NCBI RefSeq assembly: GCF_000392435.1
Contig: NC_021219.1
Span: 120,001 to 152,000 of the forward strand
Length of the DNA: 32,000 bases
Source: Candidatus Saccharimonas aalborgensis
GTDB taxonomy: Bacteria > Patescibacteriota > Saccharimonadia > Saccharimonadales > Saccharimonadaceae
Direction of reading: 5' to 3'
The position numbers and the translations under genes were made by a program. Position 1 is the first letter of the stretch; each line of letters opens with the position of its first letter. Positions 8,893 through 17,630 of this stretch are shown in pieces. Under the pieces are notes generated by a model that was not told the DNA's origin, searched no databases, and saw only the letters and a program-made list of their open reading frames with translations.

Positions 8893-9075
8893 ATGAATAA
8901 TGATTTACCTGAATATCTAACTCTGCCGGAAGTCGTGAACATCCTGAAGGTACATCCGAATACACTCCGGAACTGGGATAAAGACGGAACACTTAAGGCT
9001 ATAAGGATCGGCAAGCGTAATATCAGACGCTGGAAGAAAGCTGATGTGCTGCAATTCATACAAGACAATCAATAA
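8893..9075 (+). CDS. Excisionase-family/MerR-like HTH protein (60 aa), candidate recombination directionality factor
   Basis: LTLPEVVNILKVHPNTLRNWDKDGTLKAIRIGKRNIRRWKKADV is a typical HTH_17 pattern. The gene is divergent from LSR1. Confidence 0.7.
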   Translation: MNNDLPEYLTLPEVVNILKVHPNTLRNWDKDGTLKAIRIGKRNIRRWKKADVLQFIQDNQ

Positions 9076-9229
9076 GCTCTCAGAACAGCCAATACTCACG
9101 CATTATCCGGCTTAAATAAGCATCTTCTTTGCATTTTTATTTCATAGACGGACTTAGAGTCAACTTTTTATTTTAAACGCAAGATTCGCATCAGCGTCAG
9201 GGGCGTTTCTCGTAACTTTGATATATAAT

Positions 9230-9375
9230 CAGAGAGTCTAGATTCAACAATTAGAATAATGAAGTCAACAGACTTTTCGTTTGAACCGTAAATACGGCAA
9301 CTCCTTGCGAAAGCATTTAGGTTCAAACCTGATTGTTGAGTCTAGACAACCCTAGTAAGGGGTTGTCGTTTTTAT
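9230..9375 (+). ncRNA. Candidate structured leader or small RNA ending in an intrinsic terminator
   Basis: An extended -10 box TGaTATATA (9219-9227) precedes a nested hairpin. The outer 16-bp stem pairs 9236-9251 with 9332-9347, and an inner 9-bp stem is gtttgaacc/ggttcaaac. The terminator gacaaccc/gggttgtc plus TTTTT lies at 9345-9373. Confidence 0.35.
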
Positions 9376-9396
9376 TAGCAAGGAGTACAGCATCAT

Positions 9397-9672
9397 ATGA
9401 ATTCGTTAATCGCATACGATCCAGTAATACAAGGTGGAAGCAATTCAACTGTAGACGGTTTAAATGAAGACCGTGAACAGTACTATCAGCAACAAGCAAA
9501 TCAGAGCAACAAGCAAGAAGAGCTCAAACTTGAACAGCAAAAGCTACAGCTACAACAGCAACAGCAGGACACGAACCAACAACTCGTTATTGGTGGTTTA
9601 GTCTTAGGCGGTGTCTTAGTCATTAGTATCGCAATATACCTATTAGCAAAGACATTCAAGAAGAAAAAGTAA
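9397..9672 (+). CDS. Gln-rich tail-anchored small protein (91 aa)
   Basis: AAGGAG RBS, a Q-rich coiled-coil-like middle, a single C-terminal TM helix and a KKKK tail. Confidence 0.5.
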   Translation: MNSLIAYDPVIQGGSNSTVDGLNEDREQYYQQQANQSNKQEELKLEQQKLQLQQQQQDTNQQLVIGGLVLGGVLVISIAIYLLAKTFKKKK

Positions 9673-9829
9673 GCTACTTAGAAGCAGTGTCATATAGTGC
9701 CAATGTATATAATTGAACATAACCAAAAACTGCTAGTTTACGCCGGATTCTCACTGTTAAACACATAAGGGTCGTATCACATGGTTATGGTATGGAGTTA
9801 TAGGAGTAATTCATTGTATAATATACCTC

Positions 9830-11755
9830 ATGACTAATCTGACAAACATCCTCGCAAAATTGACTGCACTCATCGAAAAAAACAAAGCATACATCATAGA
9901 CGGATCCTTAAATCGAAACCTACTTGCAGCTGATGCTCGTAAGTATGACCCTGAACTACTAAACCTTCTGCAGAAGGATGCTGAACTCAAAGAACACTTC
10001 TTCGCTGCTACTGATGGTGGGCTTGTATTCAAGAAAGATGTTTTCTTGCAGTTCATCATGAACAAAGAGTTTTTGCCGGATAGCTACACAAAGTACAAGA
10101 TCAAGATCGGGCTTGGAGCTGACGACGGATCACTTTTATCGGAGAGTGGAGATGTCGTTCTAAATTGGCCATATAAAGATGCGATCCTTGAAGGCGGACA
10201 GGACAAAGAAGATCAAAAACGAAGCGAAGTCTTTTTCAATGAGGTACTAGCCCCAGATCAAATTACACGCCTGTTCGATGATAAAGTTTTCACTAATTGG
10301 AAACGATACGATAAAGACGGCGAACGCGATCTCGATGAACTTAAAGACGATGACAATTTAATCATCAAAGGCAACAACCTTGTCGTGCTTCATAGTCTCA
10401 AAAAGCGATATGCCGGTAGGGTGAAAATGATCTACATAGATCCGCCTTACAATACCGGAAATGATAGTTTCGGGTATAACGACCGCTTTAATCATGCGTC
10501 TTGGCTAACATTTATGCGGAATAGGCTCAATGCAGCAAAAATGCTTCTCGCTAATGATAGTGTGCTAGCTATTCAGATCGACGATGATGAGCATGCGTAC
10601 CTCAAGGTTTTAGCAGACGAAATCCTTGGAAGAGATAACTTTGTAAAATCGATTGCACTCAAGATGTCTACAGCCTCGGGTGTTAAAACTGCTCACCGTG
10701 ACCGCACTATTTTGAAAGAGAAAGAACATATTCTCATATACAAGAGAGGTACTTTAAGGGTTACACCAGAATACATTAAGGCTGATGAGTGGGATAGTGA
10801 ATTTCAATTCGTACTCGAAGGAAAAGAATCTGGTAAGTATAAAGTTATAAAACTTAGTGAATACTTAAAGCAGAATAATATCGATGCAAATGCCAACAGT
10901 GACGAATTCAAAGAGTTCGTGATAAAAAATGCCGATATCATCTGGAGACGAGCATTCATCAGGGGTTCATGGAAGGAAAAATCACTTGCGAATCCTAGTG
11001 AAGTGATAGTCAATAAGGGAGAAAACGGGATCGCATACTACTATGGTGGTCGGCAAATGTACTTCTATAAAGAGAAATTTCATGAATTTTATGATGAGAA
11101 TACAAAAAAGTTTGGCCCGAGCAGTTTACTTGGAGATCTGTGGGCGGATATTAATACTGGGCGTATTTTTAATGAAGGCGGAGTAGAACTAAGAAACGGT
11201 AAAAAAGCAGAACAGATTCTAGCAAGGCTATTGCGAATGTTTACAAAGCCTGGCGATCTGGTGATGGATTATCATTTAGGCTCAGGAACTACCTCAGCCG
11301 TTGCTCATAAGATGGGTCGGCAATACATTGGCATTGAACAGCTCTACTATGGCGATAACGATCCTATGAATCGATTACAGAATGTCATTAACGGTGATCA
11401 GTCAGGCATTAGCAAAGGTGTAAACTGGCAAGGAGGGGGCAGCTTTGTTTATGCGAACATTATGAACAATTCGAACAAGTTCCGAAAGCGAGTTGAGGCT
11501 GCTATGAATGATTCAGATTATTTAGCTCTGTTAAAGGAAGCGACTTCGTCTTCATTCCTGAGTTACCGTGTTGATCCTAAGAAACTCAACGAAGAAGAAT
11601 TCCGGAAACTAAGTTCCGCTGAAAAACGACGGCTCCTACTTGAACTTATCGATAATAATACTCTCTACGTAAATTATGAAGACATCAATGATCCTCTATT
11701 CAAGGTGAGTGAAAAAGATAAAGAGTTTAACAAGAAGCTTTACGAAAAGAATTAA
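9830..11755 (+). CDS. mod: Type III restriction-modification methyltransferase (Mod)
   Basis: Catalytic motif IYIDPPYNTGND followed later by the AdoMet motif DYHLGSGTT (beta-class order). It lies directly upstream of res. Confidence 0.9.
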   Translation: MTNLTNILAKLTALIEKNKAYIIDGSLNRNLLAADARKYDPELLNLLQKDAELKEHFFAATDGGLVFKKDVFLQFIMNKEFLPDSYTKYKIKIGLGADDGSLLSESGDVVLNWPYKDAILEGGQDKEDQKRSEVFFNEVLAPDQITRLFDDKVFTNWKRYDKDGERDLDELKDDDNLIIKGNNLVVLHSLKKRYAGRVKMIYIDPPYNTGNDSFGYNDRFNHASWLTFMRNRLNAAKMLLANDSVLAIQIDDDEHAYLKVLADEILGRDNFVKSIALKMSTASGVKTAHRDRTILKEKEHILIYKRGTLRVTPEYIKADEWDSEFQFVLEGKESGKYKVIKLSEYLKQNNIDANANSDEFKEFVIKNADIIWRRAFIRGSWKEKSLANPSEVIVNKGENGIAYYYGGRQMYFYKEKFHEFYDENTKKFGPSSLLGDLWADINTGRIFNEGGVELRNGKKAEQILARLLRMFTKPGDLVMDYHLGSGTTSAVAHKMGRQYIGIEQLYYGDNDPMNRLQNVINGDQSGISKGVNWQGGGSFVYANIMNNSNKFRKRVEAAMNDSDYLALLKEATSSSFLSYRVDPKKLNEEEFRKLSSAEKRRLLLELIDNNTLYVNYEDINDPLFKVSEKDKEFNKKLYEKN

Positions 11756-11773
11756 CGAGGATTATCGATCATT

Positions 11774-14422
11774 ATGAATAATAATCCTCAAGACAAAATG
11801 CTTAAAAGTGACGAATACGATATCCTGAGTCGATTTCAGGGTGGTTTTACGACAGTACCTGAGCACATATCACTCAATCTTCGCCATGAACTAAGGCCAT
11901 ATCAGACGGAAGCACTCGGACGGTATTTGCATTACTACGATAGCGACAAGAATCGTGATCAAACTCGTGGCATGCAATTGCTTTTCAACATGGCAACCGG
12001 ATCCGGCAAGACGATGATCATGGCGGCACTTCTGCTTGATCTATATAAGCGTGGACAGAACAAGATCGTATTCTTTGTGAATACCACCAACATCATCGAG
12101 AAGACACGAGAGAATTTTCTCGATTCGTCTTCTAGTAAGTACCTCTTCGCTGAAAAGATTGTCATCGATGGTGAAGTTGTAAACGTTCGTGAACTAACTG
12201 ACTTTTCTGATGCACGTGATGATTCGATCAATATCGTCTTCACGACTATCCAAGGGCTACACACTACGCTCAAAGCACCTAGAGAAAACAGTTTAACGTA
12301 TGACGACCTGACTGAACATGATCTCGTACTGTTAAGCGATGAAGCACACCATTTGAACGGTGATACCAAGAAGCTAAACGCTGATGAGAAAAAAGATAAT
12401 ACTTCATGGGAGAGTACGATTAATGCCGTCATGAACGGCAACCCTATGAACCATCTCTTTGAGTTTACGGCAACGATTGATCTTGATGATAAAGAGATCT
12501 TCTACAAGTACAAGAACCGTATCATCTACCGCTACGACCTCCGAGCATTTCGTGAAGACGGCTACAGCAAAGATGTCTGGATCTATGACGTTGCAGCCGA
12601 TCTCATGGATCGTGCTATTCAAGCAATGATCATCTCACAGTACCGTAAGAAAATCGCATTGGCAGCTGGCGTCTGGCTCAAGCCGGTCATTCTCTTTAAG
12701 TCATTCAGGATCGCAGATGCAAATGACTTCTATGATGAATTTGTACTGAAGGTTAAATCAATTTCACATACTGACATTGATAAACAACGTAAGATCGCAA
12801 CCGGGATTCTCGAACGTGCATTTGCGTACTTCGATCAAGAAGGTATCAGTGGATCCGATCTTGCAGATGAACTTCGTTTCGACTTTGCGGAAGAACGACT
12901 AATATCAGTCACTAAAAAAGCTATCACCCCAGAAGATCAACAACGACTCAATTCACTGGAAGATCGGGACAATGAGATCCGTGCAGTATTTGCTGTTGAC
13001 GTGTTGGATGAAGGCTGGGATGTCTTGAACCTCTTCGATATCGTTCGCCTGTATGACACACGTGACAGCAAGAACGGACGACCCGGTAAGACAACGATGC
13101 GAGAAGCACAGTTAATCGGCCGTGGAGCCAGGTATTATCCGTTTGTATTAGATGGAGATGAAGAGAAACGATTCGTTCGGAAGTTTGATGACAATGAGCT
13201 AGAACCACTCCGTGTTATTGAGCAACTGCACTATCATTCAGCAAGTAATCCAAAATACATCCAGGAGATTCGTCAGACACTTCGTGAGACGGGTATTATG
13301 CCGGATATCAACACGGTTAAGCGTGAATTAAATCTGAAAGACTCGTTCAAGGAATCTCACACTTACAAAACGGGTGTCGTCTGGAAGAACGAGCAAGTTG
13401 AAGCCACTGCTATTCCTGAGCAGACGGTATTCCTCGGAGGAGAAGGATACAAACTGCAAGATATTTATGAGATATCTGTTCCTGTAGGCATCTCCCACGA
13501 CCGTCAGATCTTTGTAGATAATAGTGATCTCGAGGCACAAACAAGAAGCGAAGAGCATACCTTCAATGTTACGTTCTCAAGATTCCCTAAGAACCTTGTA
13601 CGTCATGCGGTGGATCGTAACAAAAAACTCCGATATGACATTGTCTCAGAAAAGATTAGTGGTCTCGTTAGTCTTGAAGGCTTCTTGACCGGAGATAAGC
13701 AGCTAGGCGGCGTTAAGATCGCCGTAACAGCTGGAGTTGATCGATACGAAAAACTTACCACAGACGAGCGTCTGTTCATCGTAGAGAAGCTGCTCGCATT
13801 AGTTGCAAATGATATTGCACTGAATGAAAAGAGCTTCGAGGGCACAAAAGAATTTAAGCCTCATCCAATCAAGGAAGTGTTTGATGAACGCATTCTTAGG
13901 AATTACACGATTACAAACAATGATGCGGAGTTCGGCATCTCACAATCTCACCCGGGTAGCTATGATCAACGAGGATCACAATACTATCTCGATCTTTCAA
14001 AAGAAGATTGGCATGTATACGATGACAACTTCGGAACATCTGAAGAAAAGAAACTTGTTCTACTCATGAAGAAACTCATCGAAGATCTCCGTGAAAAATG
14101 GGACGATATCTATCTTGTTCGCAATGAAGGATCATTCAAGATCTACGAATTTGGCAAACCTGGACGTGCTTTCGAACCTGACTATGTGCTGTTTGCAAAT
14201 GACAAACGCAACGCTTCAGTTAGCTGGCAGATATTTATTGAGCCTAAAGGTAACCACTTGATTGAGCACGATGCATGGAAACAAGACTTCTTATTGAAGC
14301 TCAGTAAGGAAGCAAAGATAGTCGGTGAAGACGCAGATACCCGAGTGATCGGAGTACCATTCTTTAATGGTGATATAGAAAAACAATCACACGTCATTGA
14401 AGAAGCTTTAAAAGCACTATAA
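11774..14422 (+). CDS. res: Type III restriction enzyme, Res subunit
   Basis: Helicase motifs NMATGSGKT and LLSDEAHH. The C-terminal PD-(D/E)xK-like nuclease motif is EPDYVLF...IFIEPKG. Confidence 0.9.
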   Translation: MNNNPQDKMLKSDEYDILSRFQGGFTTVPEHISLNLRHELRPYQTEALGRYLHYYDSDKNRDQTRGMQLLFNMATGSGKTMIMAALLLDLYKRGQNKIVFFVNTTNIIEKTRENFLDSSSSKYLFAEKIVIDGEVVNVRELTDFSDARDDSINIVFTTIQGLHTTLKAPRENSLTYDDLTEHDLVLLSDEAHHLNGDTKKLNADEKKDNTSWESTINAVMNGNPMNHLFEFTATIDLDDKEIFYKYKNRIIYRYDLRAFREDGYSKDVWIYDVAADLMDRAIQAMIISQYRKKIALAAGVWLKPVILFKSFRIADANDFYDEFVLKVKSISHTDIDKQRKIATGILERAFAYFDQEGISGSDLADELRFDFAEERLISVTKKAITPEDQQRLNSLEDRDNEIRAVFAVDVLDEGWDVLNLFDIVRLYDTRDSKNGRPGKTTMREAQLIGRGARYYPFVLDGDEEKRFVRKFDDNELEPLRVIEQLHYHSASNPKYIQEIRQTLRETGIMPDINTVKRELNLKDSFKESHTYKTGVVWKNEQVEATAIPEQTVFLGGEGYKLQDIYEISVPVGISHDRQIFVDNSDLEAQTRSEEHTFNVTFSRFPKNLVRHAVDRNKKLRYDIVSEKISGLVSLEGFLTGDKQLGGVKIAVTAGVDRYEKLTTDERLFIVEKLLALVANDIALNEKSFEGTKEFKPHPIKEVFDERILRNYTITNNDAEFGISQSHPGSYDQRGSQYYLDLSKEDWHVYDDNFGTSEEKKLVLLMKKLIEDLREKWDDIYLVRNEGSFKIYEFGKPGRAFEPDYVLFANDKRNASVSWQIFIEPKGNHLIEHDAWKQDFLLKLSKEAKIVGEDADTRVIGVPFFNGDIEKQSHVIEEALKAL

Positions 14423-14621
14423 GCCCGGCGAAGATGCATGGGGTATGGATAATCCAAAATATACTATTTTGTATTTTTAGCCCTGTAACTTCCATACACC
14501 GCTATTGATAAGGCTTATTCCTCAGGTATAGCCTACCGTACCCCACCATGATCCAGATAATCACACTAAAATAAACCTACTCTATATATTTAGGTTCAAC
14601 ATTCTTTTCGTTAGTTATGAA

Positions 14622-14822
14622 TTACTTCTTGATCGGTTGAATATCCGGACTCGGAGCTCTTCGTGCTCGCTTACGTTCAGGGCCGTTTAGCATTATTTCA
14701 CGCTTCTTGTTTTGTTTTTTGAGATCATCAACACTCTTTGCTACCGGAGTAGTAAATACTTTATCATCCCAGTTTGATGTATCTGTAGGCGAAGTTTGAG
14801 GTGGTAGTTTGTTATCACTCAT
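14622..14822 (-). CDS. Hypothetical small basic protein (66 aa)
   Basis: ORF only, with no recognisable motif. The C-terminus is basic. Confidence 0.3.
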   Translation of the reverse strand: MSDNKLPPQTSPTDTSNWDDKVFTTPVAKSVDDLKKQNKKREIMLNGPERKRARRAPSPDIQPIKK

Positions 14823-14987
14823 TAACTACTATTATAACAAAAAGTCTATGCTGGAGGCACGATCAGACCTGACAGGATCCGCCAGCTTCTTATTCAAGGC
14901 CTCAATGCCTTTTTTGATGTTATTAAATTCCAACAGTAGTGCATGCAACTTCATAATTGCAGGTTCGTTCAAAGTACCTTCTCGGCA

Positions 14988-15037
14988 GCCAAGAAAAAAC
15001 TCTGTGAGTATCTATACTTACAGAGTTTTTTCTTGGC
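14988..15037. terminator. Perfect 18-bp hairpin with A/T runs (bidirectional terminator)
   Basis: gccaagaaaaaactctgt pairs with acagagttttttcttggc. Confidence 0.65.
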
Positions 15038-15149
15038 TCATTTTTACGTCTTGCCCGAACTCATTTTGCGACCAAATGTGAGAAATGAGACTTTTCGGCG
15101 GGTCGCCCCCGACCCGAGCCGCCGAAAGTCTCATAAACGGAATTATTTT
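15035..15149 (+). repeat. Arm A of the inverted repeat flanking the TauE gene
   Basis: 15035-15078 and 15122-15149 match the reverse complement of 16021-16093 with a few mismatches. The extra ~43 nt (15079-15121) form their own hairpin, atgagacttttcggcgg/ccgccgaaagtctcat. Confidence 0.8.
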
Positions 15150-15249
15150 CGAAGAACAATGTGCAATTGTTTTATTTTTTCGTACCCTACTTGAGTCTAA
15201 GATTTTGTCATATAATCGTATATATGACCACATCAGATAAGAGGTTGTC

Positions 15250-15987
15250 TTGGATATAACGCTTCTATTAACTTTTTTTGTTTCGTTTATTGCAAGTGTT
15301 CTGAGTGGTATAGCAGGCGGTGGTGTCAGTTTTGTTACAACACCTTTCTGGCTTGTTATTGGTCTAACGCCCGCACAAGGGGGTGCGACTGGGGCATTTA
15401 TGGCTACCGGGATGTCCCTAGGCTCACTGGCAACCTTTAGGAAATCTGGTCATATACCAAAAGATAGAAAACTTTTTTATATTTTAGCTGTAGTGACGCT
15501 TATTGCATCTATACTAGGAGTGTTTGTAGTTCCGAAGATAGACATAAGTGTGTTTCGGACGGTACTAGCCATTATCACACTAGCCGCTTTACCCCTGCTA
15601 TTCGTAAAGCCTAGCACAAAGTACAATTTGAAAAAGTATAAAAAACTTGGATTAGCGTTAGCTGCTGGACTAATGGTAATTGGCTCTATAATCATAAGTG
15701 GAGCGTTTTCAATTCTTTTTACTTTGGTACTTGTAGTGTTCTTTGGCATGTCAGTCTTGCAAACAACTGCCATGAAGCGGCTTCTGTTTTTCCTACAATC
15801 CGTTGTGCTGCTCATTGGGTTTGCCGTACAAGGCTATCTGCTTCTACAATATGCGGCTGTAGCCTTTTTCGGGGGTATACTCGGCGCACACATAGGAACT
15901 AAATATGCAGTAAAAAAGGGTGAAAACTTCGCAAAGTATGCACTTGCAGTAATGGCATTGGTTGGAGCAATAGCGCTGCTGGTATGA
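15250..15987 (+). CDS. TauE/SafE-family anion exporter
   Basis: ~8 TM segments with a GIAGGGVSFVTTPF motif. It has a TTG start, an AAGAGG RBS 5 nt upstream and a TATAAT box upstream. Confidence 0.75.
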   Translation: MDITLLLTFFVSFIASVLSGIAGGGVSFVTTPFWLVIGLTPAQGGATGAFMATGMSLGSLATFRKSGHIPKDRKLFYILAVVTLIASILGVFVVPKIDISVFRTVLAIITLAALPLLFVKPSTKYNLKKYKKLGLALAAGLMVIGSIIISGAFSILFTLVLVVFFGMSVLQTTAMKRLLFFLQSVVLLIGFAVQGYLLLQYAAVAFFGGILGAHIGTKYAVKKGENFAKYALAVMALVGAIALLV

Positions 15988-16020
15988 TCGTTCCGGCCAG
16001 TAGACAGTCATAGTAACAAC

Positions 16021-16093
16021 AAAATAATTCCGTTTATGAGACTTTCGGCATTTGGTCGCAAAATGGGTTCGGGCAAAGGCGTAAAAGTGAGCC
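16021..16093 (-). repeat. Arm B of the inverted repeat flanking the TauE gene
   Basis: Reverse complement of arm A, read directly from the sequence. Confidence 0.8.
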
Positions 16094-16161
16094 ACGCTAA
16101 GAGCTCACCAATAGGTGGGCTTTTTGCGTGGCTCGTTATTAGAATCGAACACCCGAGTGAA

Positions 16162-16290
16162 GCATTCGGGGTGAAGATTGCCTGCGGCAATCTGCAAGGC
16201 GATGTCACCGACGAGCTATGCTCATCGGCCCGACTCGCGAGGTCGGGTTAGTGTAACCGAATCCTCCAACTCGCTCAAGCATAACCAACA
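16162..16290 (+). repeat. Second copy of the module seen at 6831-6950
   Basis: 16162-16208 aligns to 6831-6878. It differs by only two substitutions and the hairpin loop (tgc versus cgtc). The next hairpin (16209-16227) has the same geometry as 6879-6897 but a different sequence. Confidence 0.7.
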
Positions 16291-16351
16291 TCGAACTCCA
16301 CTATTAGAGTTCTTTTGATTTGCGGTTGTTTATCTATTATTAAATTCTAGA

Positions 16352-16769
16352 ATGAGTAGCATGGCAAAAAGCATTACTCAGAAATTAGATTACGGCTGCG
16401 GTGTAGCTTGCTTTGCATTTGTCTGCAATATGAATTTTGATGAGGCAATTAAATTCCTTGGAAGAGAATATAGCGTAAAAAATGGATGGCGACCTAGCGA
16501 TTTATCGAAGGAGCTAAACAGCTTTGGTTTCAATTACAAAAACTACTACGTGCGCAAAAAGGTTCATATTGAATACCCGCTAAATTCTATCGTATTGATC
16601 GAGAAATCACAGCAGTACTGTTGGTCATTACTTAGTCTTAACACCGAAAGGCTGGATGGATCCTTGGATAAATTTGCCCAAAACGAACGATATTCGCAAA
16701 GCAAAGTCAGGATTTAGAAAAAATCTACCAGGAAAAGCTATGTATGCATTGATACCAATTTCTTCCTAA
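16352..16769 (+). pseudogene. C39-like papain-fold cysteine peptidase domain protein, interrupted by a +1 frameshift
   Basis: Frame 1 encodes LDYGCGVACFAFV (catalytic Cys region). The +1 frame from about 16605 encodes VGHYLVLTPKGWMDPWINLP (catalytic His region) and stops at 16769. Confidence 0.5.
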
Positions 16770-16784
16770 AGCTCACGGCTATTC

Positions 16785-17630
16785 TCAGCGCTTGCGACGA
16801 AACGTGGGCATCATCTCAGGAATTGATTCTTTGACGCGGACAATATGCGACCGCACGGGTCGGCCAAAATAGTTACCGACGCTGGCGCCGGCGGCAATCG
16901 ATAGCGCAACACTGAGCGCCGTCAGGAGCAGCATGTTGCCTTCTGCGACCGATGATGCGGAGGGCTTATCGACAAACTGCATTAACCCGTTGTAGAGCGC
17001 GAGTCCCGGCACCAACGGCACAACACCGGCATCGATGAGAGCGATCGATGGCGAACGATACACACGAGCGATGATTGCCCCCGCAAATCCGACTAATACT
17101 GCTGCAACACCGTTTGCCAGTGCCTCGCCACTTGCAGCGGTCAACATATAGACGCCCCATCCCAACCCACCGATTATTCCCGCCCACACGACAGCAGCGA
17201 GTTTCGACTGCATAAACAACGCCCAACCCGCTGCAATAACAACCGCACCCATCACTTGCCAAAATGGATCACCGAGTGCCACAGGATCAGGTGATACAGC
17301 AATTTTACTTCCTGCCGCGTGAGCGACCAAAAGCCCGATCACAATCCCCATCACAATTCCGGCAGTCATCACAAATGTCTTCATGAAACGCGCACTCGCC
17401 GTCACATAGAACTCGTCGATCGCATCCTGAGCAGTCGCCACCACCATAAGGCCAGCCACCAGCATGACAATCCCCCCGACAACGATGAGCGTGGGATTAA
17501 CGCCAACAAACGGCCAGACGCCGCGATTGCCAAGCTCCACAACCAACGTTGCACTCATAGTAATCGTAAACGAAGATATCGCTTGAACAAAAAAACTAAG
17601 CACCTGCCGGGCTTCAAGCCAGCGAATCAC
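16785..17630 (-). CDS. ThrE-family (threonine/serine exporter-like) membrane protein, C-terminal part
   Basis: ~9 TM segments, Gly/Ala-rich. The GTG start overlaps the upstream ORF by 17 nt. Confidence 0.65.
   Translation of the reverse strand: MIRWLEARQVLSFFVQAISSFTITMSATLVVELGNRGVWPFVGVNPTLIVVGGIVMLVAGLMVVATAQDAIDEFYVTASARFMKTFVMTAGIVMGIVIGLLVAHAAGSKIAVSPDPVALGDPFWQVMGAVVIAAGWALFMQSKLAAVVWAGIIGGLGWGVYMLTAASGEALANGVAAVLVGFAGAIIARVYRSPSIALIDAGVVPLVPGLALYNGLMQFVDKPSASSVAEGNMLLLTALSVALSIAAGASVGNYFGRPVRSHIVRVKESIPEMMPTFRRKR

Larger units (their letters stand above)
6831..16208. mobile_element. Integrative island linked to tRNA-Gln; boundaries approximate
   Basis: It contains an LSR, an excisionase-like HTH gene, type III R-M genes and cargo. 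It is visibly more AT-rich than the flanks and is bracketed by the ~48-bp direct repeat 6831-6878 / 16162-16208. AT-rich DNA continues to about 16780. Confidence 0.6.

Noticed and set aside
14830-14960. A 39-aa minus-strand ORF (MKLHALLLEFNNIKKGIEALNKKLADPV...).
   Set aside because: It has no RBS or promoter, is very short and has no recognisable motif, so it is not reported as a feature.
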